Shown here in pieces: positions 56,846-64,000 of a stretch of DNA of 64,000 bases; within the stretch, counting starts at the first letter, position 1, and each line of letters begins with the position of its first letter. Source of the DNA: a virus; the IMG/VR virus record IMGVR_UViG_3300042731_004843, positions 44,146 through 108,145 of that record; one strand, given 5' to 3'. The notes below the pieces were generated by a model. That model made no database searches. It saw only the letters and a program-made list of their open reading frames with translations, and was not told where the DNA came from. The translations under genes and the position numbers were made by a program.

Positions 56846-57370
56846 CTACAGCAGTATCTGGTTGGTGAAGACGCCGATAGGCCCCGCCTTAGGCTGGAAT
56901 ACAGCCATCATCTTCATTCGCTCGTCCAAGTTTTGGTCCGGGGGCTGCAGATAGAGTGAGTAGCCCGCACGCTCGACGAAATACTCCACCACGTCGAAGT
57001 TGGTGTAGTGGTAGTAGAAGCTGGTGTCGTCGCATTTGAAGATGAGGCAGCCCTCAAAGCCCTCTCTCCGTTCGGGCTCCGCCTCTACGGCTTCTCCAAA
57101 CACGCCATCCGGATGTAGCAGCACGTCCTGCCAGTCTCTGTCCTTCAGGAGCTCCGTCTTGGCGAGGGTGTGTCCGGCGTTGGCCAGCAGCTTCTGGAAC
57201 TGGGAGCACTCGCGGTCCACCAGATCTGCCGGCCATTCGAGCAAGATCCCTCCGTTCGTGACGACGACCGTCTCCCCGTAGTCGATCGCGTAGGGAGGGC
57301 AGGCCCTGAGTCCCTCCTTCTCCAGCTTGCGCCGCAAGAAGGGGATGGTGCCTTGGTCTAGTGGCTTCAT
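56846..57370 (-). CDS. hypothetical protein
   Basis: Operon packing (ATGA overlap). Confidence 0.7.
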   Translation of the reverse strand: MKPLDQGTIPFLRRKLEKEGLRACPPYAIDYGETVVVTNGGILLEWPADLVDRECSQFQKLLANAGHTLAKTELLKDRDWQDVLLHPDGVFGEAVEAEPERREGFEGCLIFKCDDTSFYYHYTNFDVVEYFVERAGYSLYLQPPDQNLDERMKMMAVFQPKAGPIGVFTNQILL

Positions 57371-58005
57371 TGCACCGAGACCGATCCAGCCACCACGTGG
57401 AACCTATCCAGCGGCGCCTCGTGCTTCTCGCAGAGCTTGGCGAAGATGCCGGCCCAGTTCGGGATAGTGAGCTTGTAGGACATGCTGCCGTGCTCGATCT
57501 TGACCGTGGCGAGTACGGTGTTCACGCAACCCATGAAGTTGCACTCGAGCGTGCGGGTGAGCTCGCCGCCTTGTCGGTAGATGGTGGTGATCGAGGCGCC
57601 GCCCTCTTCCAGCTCCGAGTCGTCGATGAGCTTATGCAGCTCTTCCACTTTGACGGAATTGTACTGCTTGGCCACATCCGGGGAGACGCCCAGTGCTTTG
57701 AGGGCCTTGGCGAATCGGCGCTTGTTCTTGATCGAGCAGGTCGCGTCGTGACCGAAATCCCAGGTGTGGTACCTGTCGCCCAGGTCCATTCGGCACAGAG
57801 CTTGGATCTCCGGGAAGACGATGTTCGCCTTGATGAACACGCCCTTTTCGGGATCGTAGACGGTGTACGTGGTCTGCTTGTAGTCCCTTCCGTACTCCCC
57901 GGCCGAATTCCGGTAGATCTTCTTCGCGCCTATCTCCTCCAGCTCGGAGATGAAGTCTGGGATCTTCTCGACTTTGATGGTGATGGTGACGGGCTCACGA
58001 TTCAT
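57367..58005 (-). CDS. hypothetical protein
   Basis: Start ATG 58005 with GGAGG. Confidence 0.7.
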   Translation of the reverse strand: MNREPVTITIKVEKIPDFISELEEIGAKKIYRNSAGEYGRDYKQTTYTVYDPEKGVFIKANIVFPEIQALCRMDLGDRYHTWDFGHDATCSIKNKRRFAKALKALGVSPDVAKQYNSVKVEELHKLIDDSELEEGGASITTIYRQGGELTRTLECNFMGCVNTVLATVKIEHGSMSYKLTIPNWAGIFAKLCEKHEAPLDRFHVVAGSVSVQ

Positions 58006-58211
58006 TGTGTCCTCCAGTCTCTTGGCATGGTGCCTCCTCGGCTCAGCCAATCGTCCAGGTTGTTGAAGTTCTCAGCTAGTTCTTCTCCGAGCGTGTCTCT
58101 GCTCGAGCTCTCCTGTCGTTGTCGGTCTTCTGCAGCTTGTCTGATCAACGCCTTAACAAGGCGTCGGCAGGCTTCCAAGGAAGCGTTGGGATCCATCAAC
58201 ACCTCGTTCAT
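58002..58211 (-). CDS. hypothetical protein (LD.WLSRGG..P.DW motif)
   Basis: Operon packing. Confidence 0.65.
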   Translation of the reverse strand: MNEVLMDPNASLEACRRLVKALIRQAAEDRQRQESSSRDTLGEELAENFNNLDDWLSRGGTMPRDWRTQ

Positions 58212-58549
58212 GTGTCCTTTATGGTCTTCGCCAGCAGAATCGCCGCCTTCCAGCCCTGTAGAGTGGGTGCGAAGCGGGCAAATGGCGTGGGTGAGACGTG
58301 CGGCTTGTCGCAGAAGTGCGGATCAAGGCGTCTTGCAACCTGCAGTTGCCGCTTGGTGGTGTTGAGGTACAGAATGACTTTCCTGCCCTCATAGTTGGTT
58401 GCGTCGGGATACTGTACCTCTGCCACGATGTGGGGGCCGACTGGCTTCACGTCCATTATCCGAAAATTGTCCGGGCGCGGGTTACCCGGGAGCGCGGCGG
58501 GTTGAGGACAGCTGCAGCTGCATACGGAGAATTTCGGCAGCAGTCCCAT
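58208..58549 (-). CDS. hypothetical phage protein
   Basis: NP.P.NF.I, YPDATNYEGRKV, LDPHF, PFARF.P...GW motifs. Confidence 0.7.
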   Translation of the reverse strand: MGLLPKFSVCSCSCPQPAALPGNPRPDNFRIMDVKPVGPHIVAEVQYPDATNYEGRKVILYLNTTKRQLQVARRLDPHFCDKPHVSPTPFARFAPTLQGWKAAILLAKTIKDT

Positions 58550-58551
58550 GA

Positions 58552-59115
58552 TCAGCAATCCCTCTCTTTGAGTCTCCGGATGAGCCACTCAAACGCCGAT
58601 CGGGCATACGATGTCCAGCCGGTCACCCCGGTTTCGTGGTCCTTGGCTAACTGCTCCTCCAACAGCTCTATGGTACGTGCGCGCTCCTTGCGCTCGCCGT
58701 CCATGATCAGGGACAGGCTATCGAGATCCTGGTGGTAGTACTTCTCGAGCTCTTTTTCTAGCTTGACGGCGCGTTCTGCTAATGATGCTAGCTCCAGGTC
58801 TCGCTGGTGTATTACCCTCAAAGCCTCGCTTTCCGAGATCTTGGCTACCTCAGCCTCAGCCCCACGGTCGTGTAAGAGCTCAACTAGCACATCCAGTTCT
58901 TGCTGTATGCGTTTCCAACCGGTTGCTGCCTCTTCCCCGGTTGGTTTTGGCGGTCCCTGGGCGTAGCAGCCATGGCAATAGACGTTATAATCCCCCTCCC
59001 CATCTCTGAGTACTTCTGCCCATTCCCCTCCGCAGAATGGACACCTCAGCATGGCCCCCGTCTCAGGAGTAGGTGGATGCGTAAACCCTTTATCGTCGTT
59101 CAATCCATCACTCAT
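58552..59115 (-). CDS. Lar-like (restriction alleviation family) Zn-finger protein with coiled coil
   Basis: CPFCGG...VYCHGCYAQGP....EEAA..W; start re-called at ATG 59115. Confidence 0.6.
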   Translation of the reverse strand: MSDGLNDDKGFTHPPTPETGAMLRCPFCGGEWAEVLRDGEGDYNVYCHGCYAQGPPKPTGEEAATGWKRIQQELDVLVELLHDRGAEAEVAKISESEALRVIHQRDLELASLAERAVKLEKELEKYYHQDLDSLSLIMDGERKERARTIELLEEQLAKDHETGVTGWTSYARSAFEWLIRRLKERDC

Positions 59116-59510
59116 CTTAGGGGCTCCCACTTCTCTGCCATCTGCTCGACCTTGTCCGCTGGCACGCCGTGGCTGTTGCGGCATTCCTGTAGGGGGCGCT
59201 CGATGTGAACGATGTGAACTGGGATGTTCCGTTTCTTCGCCTCTTCCACAAAGAAGCGATAGTGCTCGTAGGCGTAGCTCACGTTGTCCACCACGATGGG
59301 CAGGGTACTCTCCGCATCTAGGGCCTTCAAGAACTGGTCTTGAGTCCACTGGATGGCCTCGGACAGCTTGTGGTAGTCGAACTTGTACTCCTCACCGTCC
59401 TTGGTCCAGAACTTGTCCATGCTTATGTGGGTGTAGGCCACCAGGAAGTTCAGGAAGGTCGTCTTGCCAGATCCAGGTAGACCGCGCAAGATGATCACAC
59501 TTTTCTGCAT
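59112..59510 (-). CDS. P-loop kinase (AAA_33 / polynucleotide-kinase-like)
   Basis: ILRGLPGSGKTT, VVDN, RNSHGVP..KV..M. Confidence 0.85.
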   Translation of the reverse strand: MQKSVIILRGLPGSGKTTFLNFLVAYTHISMDKFWTKDGEEYKFDYHKLSEAIQWTQDQFLKALDAESTLPIVVDNVSYAYEHYRFFVEEAKKRNIPVHIVHIERPLQECRNSHGVPADKVEQMAEKWEPLR

Positions 59511-59871
59511 GATTCCTCCGTATTTCGCTCCATAGATTGATCTACTTATGCCTTGTTTTTGCCGCCATTTAACGGCATTATGTCCGCCTCATCAAGATGC
59601 CGAAGTGGAGAGGCATGATCAAGAGAGAACCAAACCTGTCCATAGAGTGCGGGGGCACTGTCTTCAAGTCGGGGAAGAACGGCCGCCAGTTGAAGCTAGG
59701 CACCCACTGTCGCCTGTTCCAAACACTGCCCGTCTGCTGGCGCTCCATGCTCTGTGTGGGATTCACGTACTACCCTCCCTGCCCAGACCTGTCCCGTTGC
59801 CTGTCTATGCCGAGACCCAAGACCATCCAGGGCAATGAGTAATGTAGGATAATGTAGTATGGAAGGGGTAT

Positions 59872-59905
59872 GCCTCTCAGAGCCCTCTAGAGGGCTCTGA
59901 GAGGC
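59872..59905. repeat. 34-bp perfect palindrome in a long intergenic region
   Basis: gcctctcagagccctct|agagggctctgagaggc. Confidence 0.9.
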
Positions 59906-60047
59906 TTTGTGGGTCGGGTTGTGGGATTGCTAGTCTTAGGCTGGTGGGCGTGCTGAGGGGCAGATCTGAGGGCCAGAATGGGGCCTGTGCCCGTGCTGCC
60001 CGGCTCTCCAACAAAGCCCGGAAGGTGGTCTACGTCTTTTCAGGTAC

Positions 60048-60314
60048 TTAGCGCCGTCGGTTCGAGTCCCTCTCCTTGGCCCGGTCCACCCTCAGCTTGC
60101 GGCCGTCCACGTCCATGCCGTCCCCCTGGTCGATGGCCTTGGTGGCCCCCTCCTCGTCCGAGTAGGTCACGAAGCCGTAGCCTTTGCTCTTCCCGGTTTC
60201 CTTGTCGGTGATGATTTTGGCCTCAGTGACGGAGCCAAACTTCGCGAAAGCCTGCTGCAGTCCTTCTTCAGTCGTTTCCCAAGCGATGCCACCGACAAAC
60301 ACTCTGTTCTTCAT
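60048..60314 (-). CDS. RRM (RNP-1) RNA-binding protein
   Basis: RNP2 VFVGGI, RNP1 KGYGFVTY. Confidence 0.95.
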   Translation of the reverse strand: MKNRVFVGGIAWETTEEGLQQAFAKFGSVTEAKIITDKETGKSKGYGFVTYSDEEGATKAIDQGDGMDVDGRKLRVDRAKERDSNRRR

Positions 60315-60333
60315 GTTCTTCTCCTGATTCACT

Positions 60334-60585
60334 CTACTTGGTCTTTGGCCGGGTTATGAGCCCGGCGCGGATCAACTCCACTATCTTCCGTTCTGCTTCT
60401 TGTTGTACTTGTTCTCGTGTCTCCCCGCGATCGATGCGCGCCAACTCCTTGAGTACCGTGTAGATGATGTTCTCGGCTAGGGCTTGCGCGCCCATGTGGC
60501 CTACGAGCGTCTTCCTGGCCGCAGCTAATAGCTCACGAAGCGACCGTTCCATTTCTACCAGTTTGGGGTCTTTGATTCGCTCCAC
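60334..60585 (-). CDS. hypothetical protein
   Basis: Operon packing. Confidence 0.6.
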   Translation of the reverse strand: MERIKDPKLVEMERSLRELLAAARKTLVGHMGAQALAENIIYTVLKELARIDRGETREQVQQEAERKIVELIRAGLITRPKTK

Positions 60586-60587
60586 TG

Positions 60588-60887
60588 CTACCTCTTTTCT
60601 ACAGCAGCGAGGGCGCGCTTAAGTCCTCCTTCCTCGCTGGGTATCGCGTGGTAGACCGCCCTACGTAGCACAGCGATCACCTCCGTGAGGGCCTCCTTGC
60701 GTCCAAAGAGCTTCGCCGCCAAAACTTCTTTGTCGTGCACACTCTTCAGCTCTTTTGCCAGCTCGGTTGATATGGCCTCCACATCCATGGGAGGCAAATG
60801 GGGCCCGCCGTAGGCACCGCTGCAGTGCCTAGACAAGACGCGGCGGACAACCTCTACAACCTCTTCACTTTTTGTTGAATGAGTCAT
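60588..60887 (-). CDS. hypothetical protein
   Basis: Operon packing. Confidence 0.6.
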   Translation of the reverse strand: MTHSTKSEEVVEVVRRVLSRHCSGAYGGPHLPPMDVEAISTELAKELKSVHDKEVLAAKLFGRKEALTEVIAVLRRAVYHAIPSEEGGLKRALAAVEKR

Positions 60888-61521
60888 GCGCCCTCGACAT
60901 CAGATATCTGGCCAGTTTCTTCCCTCTCTCTGTAAGGATCCACCCGAGCTCCGGACTGGGCTGCCCATGGCTGTCTAGCGCATGTACGACCAGCTCGCCA
61001 GCATTCAGCAACCCCACTATCTCGAGCAAATCCTCGCGACGCATGCCCAGCTGGCGAGCCGCGTCGGCAATTTTTCCGTTGTTGGAGATGGCCAGCAGCA
61101 CGGCGCAGTCTATGGCGGACATGCTGTCCGCCAACAGATTCACGTTGGCTTCTTTGTTGGCGGACAGCATGCCGACCCTGGGGAAATTGTCGGTACCAGG
61201 CCATGCCTCCAGGGAGAACATGTAGCCCCCTACAGCCACCGCATAGGTGCCATTCTTCCCGGGCCCGATCGTTACGGCCGTCTCAGTGGCGGCTACTAAG
61301 GCCACGTCTCTGGTACCTACCCCGCGAACTATGTAGATCCCGTCCGCGTCTTCTTCTGCTACAAGCATCTCGCTGTCTTGGCAGAGTCCGTCGTTGTGCA
61401 GGTTCTCAAGAAGCTTGCGTAGCTTCTCCGGTTTTGGGTCTCTAGGGAACATGCCGCCCAAAGTGTCGTCAGAGAATACGGTGCTCTCATCATTGTCTGG
61501 ATCTAGGGTGTCGTCGCCCAT
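60865..61521 (-). CDS. hypothetical protein with C-terminal winged-HTH-like segment
   Basis: AAGGAG SD; IADAARQLGM...L...ELV.....WILTERG. Confidence 0.65.
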   Translation of the reverse strand: MGDDTLDPDNDESTVFSDDTLGGMFPRDPKPEKLRKLLENLHNDGLCQDSEMLVAEEDADGIYIVRGVGTRDVALVAATETAVTIGPGKNGTYAVAVGGYMFSLEAWPGTDNFPRVGMLSANKEANVNLLADSMSAIDCAVLLAISNNGKIADAARQLGMRREDLLEIVGLLNAGELVVHALDSHGQPSPELGWILTERGKKLARYLMSRAHDSFNKK

Positions 61522-61631
61522 GGTAGCTCCTTTGTAGGTTGATCCGTGGTTCTTATACCCACTTTAGTGCTATCATGCCACCCACCCACGAAGGAGGCGA
61601 TCATGATGGCCAACTAACATAGGAGGTGATC

Positions 61632-61808
61632 ATGCACCACAAGAGAAGAAGGCCCCGTAACCTGAGAGCCGGCTGCAAGATGTGCAAGCCATGGAAGATC
61701 AACGGCGTGAACAAGTGGTCCAAAGATCTAGCCCGTGCTTCGGATTACCGTCGGCTCGAGGACTTCGATGACTGCACCCGCCGGAGATGTGTCTCGGGAG
61801 AGGGCTGA
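61632..61808 (+). CDS. small basic CxxC protein
   Basis: AGGAGGTG SD; HHKRRRPRNLRAGCKMCKPWK. Confidence 0.65.
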   Translation: MHHKRRRPRNLRAGCKMCKPWKINGVNKWSKDLARASDYRRLEDFDDCTRRRCVSGEG

Positions 61809-61944
61809 GGCCTTCAAGAAGCTGGGCCTGAAGCACCACTGCCCAGTGTGCGCGAAGAAGATCGGAAGGCACTGCCCCAGAAAGCTCCACAACTGCCTCA
61901 ATACGTACGTGGAGTTTGGTGGCCCACGACCCTACAGGAGGTAG
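61768..61944 (+). CDS. small Cys/His protein
   Basis: GAGGA SD; CPVC...HC...HNC. Confidence 0.5.
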   Translation: MTAPAGDVSRERAEAFKKLGLKHHCPVCAKKIGRHCPRKLHNCLNTYVEFGGPRPYRR

Positions 61945-61957
61945 GCGCCTTGATACG

Positions 61958-63166
61958 TCAGGTGTAGAGGCCGTTGTGTAGTTCTCGCGCTAGTCTGTTG
62001 TAGCACTTCTGCTCCCGCCCACATCTATCTGGCTTAGAGTGCGCGCCGTCCTCTTGAAAGGCGTATAGGCTGGACTTGATAAGGGCTTCCGCCTTTCGCG
62101 GGTATGCGCCAAGTGTCCATTTTCCACCTTCCTTCACCACGTATAGGGCTAGAGTGGCTAGGCAGGGGAACACGAATCCGTCCGCCACATCTACTACGTT
62201 ACCGTCTCTATCTTTCTTGACGGGACGCCCCTTTCCCTTCAGCTTCTTTGGGCCCGTGTGTTTGCTGTCCGCGAATAGTTGGTGCCTCTTCCACTTACAG
62301 TAGGTGTCCCACGCCGTGGTGGCGATGTCGACGTAGTACCTGTACAGCGCTTTGGCCTCTTTGTGCTTCGGGTGCGACGGATCTTTCGTGACCATGTACA
62401 GTTCCGCGAAGTCCTTCAGAGAGCGCGTCTTTGTGCTGTAGATGGAGGCCTTCTTCATCACTCGAAGGCCCCCGTCATAGGACTTAAACTGTCGTTTCCA
62501 GAAGGAGCTCCACAGCTCGGCTGGGGTTAATAGGCCGATGACCCTGACTAGCTTTTCGGTGTCCACCATACCCTCTTCTAGCGGGTCGCTTTCTCTCAGC
62601 CTGATCTTCATCCCCTTCTTTCTGAACTCCCGCTGGAGGTCGTCCAGAACACCTTTTGCGTTAGCCACCGAAATCAACTGCACGGGGATCTGACGATTTA
62701 GATTGACTGTCATGTTGGCAGTCACCTCTTCGTCATCCAACAGGAAGAGCTGGAACGTGATATAGGCTTCTGGCGCCCCCTCCCCCCTACGAGCCAGGTC
62801 CAGGAGCGCATTTTCGATCGATCCTCTACTCTGCGCCCCGTCCATCACTGAGGGGCTGTCCAGCCGCAAGATCCCGCTGCCGCTGCTCCGCAGGCCACTA
62901 CCGGCTACTGCACAAATGGTGGCGCCGGAATTATACATGGAGAACAGATCTGGCTCATTGAGCAGCGTGCCCTCGATGGCTTTGTGGATCTTGTGCTTCT
63001 TTGCTGGATCCAGACCGGCGAGGTAGTCCCGGAGGTTCTCTTTGGTCGATAGGGGCACGATGTCTTGTACACGCGCCTTACCGCTAAAATGACGGTATCC
63101 ACGCCTCTTTTGGCAGGGGTCGGTGATCTCCTTAATGCAGAAGTACGGAACCGATACTATGGGCAT
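61958..63166 (-). CDS. AIPR family (ParB-like fold) protein
   Basis: ENLRDYL, I..TL..EP..F..YNSG.TI, SVMDGAQS, N.Q..V. Confidence 0.75.
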   Translation of the reverse strand: MPIVSVPYFCIKEITDPCQKRRGYRHFSGKARVQDIVPLSTKENLRDYLAGLDPAKKHKIHKAIEGTLLNEPDLFSMYNSGATICAVAGSGLRSSGSGILRLDSPSVMDGAQSRGSIENALLDLARRGEGAPEAYITFQLFLLDDEEVTANMTVNLNRQIPVQLISVANAKGVLDDLQREFRKKGMKIRLRESDPLEEGMVDTEKLVRVIGLLTPAELWSSFWKRQFKSYDGGLRVMKKASIYSTKTRSLKDFAELYMVTKDPSHPKHKEAKALYRYYVDIATTAWDTYCKWKRHQLFADSKHTGPKKLKGKGRPVKKDRDGNVVDVADGFVFPCLATLALYVVKEGGKWTLGAYPRKAEALIKSSLYAFQEDGAHSKPDRCGREQKCYNRLARELHNGLYT

Positions 63167-63254
63167 ACTTGTCTCCTTGCGGCATAGCCGCGGTTAACGG
63201 TCCTTGGTGATTGCCCCGATGGGGGTAGGGTAGTCTCAGCGATCATGGGGGTTT

Positions 63255-63292
63255 CGCACAAAATGATCGTCCCGTCAAGATCATTTTGTGCG
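63255..63292. repeat. 14-bp inverted repeat upstream of AIPR gene
   Basis: cgcacaaaatgatc-N10-gatcattttgtgcg. Confidence 0.85.
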
Positions 63293-63300
63293 GGTAGGGC

Positions 63301-63960
63301 TCACTCCAACATGTCGGCGGTGATCATCAGTCCTTCGAAGCGTATTCCCGCGCCCTTGAATAGCTCTTGCACACCCTCACTCAAGCCATACCTTGACGCG
63401 TAGGACTCCCCGAAGAACACCTTTTCGATGCCCGCTCTGATGACGAGCTTGGCGCAGTCGTAGCACGGGGAGGCAGTGCAGTAGAGGGTTGATCCCTGCG
63501 GGGAGACGCCGTCCAGAGCACACTGCATGAGGGCATTGGCCTCTGAGTGTATGGTCCTGACGCAATGACCGTCACGCATGATGTGGCCGCCCTTGCTCTT
63601 CTTGACACCCACTTCTGGTGCCCCGCGACCGCATCTTGATGCCCAGTGTTCCTTACGCCCACAATCACAGGTGCTGAGTAGCCCTCTGCCCACGATATCA
63701 TGCACATCGCGGGGATCTAGCCATTTGCCGCAACGAGCGCAGGCGTAGAACTCTTCGGGGTCTGAGCAGTGTGGTTGCCCTGGAGCCGAGCCGTTGTAGC
63801 CGCCAGCGATCATGCGCCTGTTCTTCACCAGGACAGCCCCAACCCCATGCCGGCCGGGATCAAATAGCAGTTCTGGTCCTCGATCACAGGTGCTTCTGGT
63901 AGCGGTCAGGTGGGCCATGAGCATCCAGTAGTCGTCCCAGGGGAGCCTTCCTATCTTCAT
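63301..63960 (-). CDS. dCMP deaminase (ComEB-like) with Zn-ribbon insertion
   Basis: RSTC.R, VGAVLV, GYNG, HSEANA, SPCYDCAK. Confidence 0.92.
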   Translation of the reverse strand: MKIGRLPWDDYWMLMAHLTATRSTCDRGPELLFDPGRHGVGAVLVKNRRMIAGGYNGSAPGQPHCSDPEEFYACARCGKWLDPRDVHDIVGRGLLSTCDCGRKEHWASRCGRGAPEVGVKKSKGGHIMRDGHCVRTIHSEANALMQCALDGVSPQGSTLYCTASPCYDCAKLVIRAGIEKVFFGESYASRYGLSEGVQELFKGAGIRFEGLMITADMLE

Positions 63961-64000
63961 ACTCGCCTCCTCCCTGCCCCGTCTTTGCCGTACCTCTCCA

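Noticed and set aside
59597-59842. 81-aa plus-strand ORF
   Set aside because: No recognisable motif and weak support; left uncalled
25-63707. Numerous antisense/overlapping ORFs in the track (e.g. 258-800, 11341-12213, 41898-43010, 57361-58365)
   Set aside because: Shadow ORFs of GC-rich genes without RBS or recognisable motifs
1-64000. tRNA genes, CRISPR arrays, inteins/introns, integrase, reverse transcriptase/DGR, tape measure gene
   Set aside because: None recognised by eye; tRNAscan-SE/Infernal would be needed to exclude small RNAs, and tape measure/baseplate genes probably lie outside the window

Overview
This window is a segment of a large, GC-rich tailed phage genome, probably a myovirus (jumbo-like), not a bacterial chromosome. 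Layout: (1) a minus-strand replication operon at 1-10 kb: family A DNA polymerase (cut by the window edge), Zn-ribbon SSB-like protein, DnaG-type primase, DnaB-type helicase, DUF932 protein, family-4 UDG and an SF2 helicase. (2) A plus-strand morphogenesis region at 10.1-52.9 kb: portal, a single-chain fused beta/beta' RNA polymerase, baseplate spike, terminase, prohead protease, scaffold/internal proteins, major capsid protein, neck proteins, frameshifted tail sheath, a Zn metallopeptidase and tail tube. (3) A minus-strand accessory/early region at 53-64 kb: RHH protein, Lar-like protein, AAA_33 kinase, RRM protein, AIPR protein and dCMP deaminase. The most striking observation is a 932-aa protein (53713-56511) that reads as a string of short fragments of conserved motifs from essential phage proteins: PolA, portal, prohead protease, sheath, spike, terminase nuclease and major capsid protein. 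It is a candidate multi-epitope decoy or mimic. Other highlights are a pervasive K-x-A putative maturation-cleavage signal with shared leader peptides on amphipathic/glycine-zipper cargo proteins, two promoter classes, and a structured candidate sRNA upstream of terminase. All family calls come from motif recognition by eye; no database searches were run.
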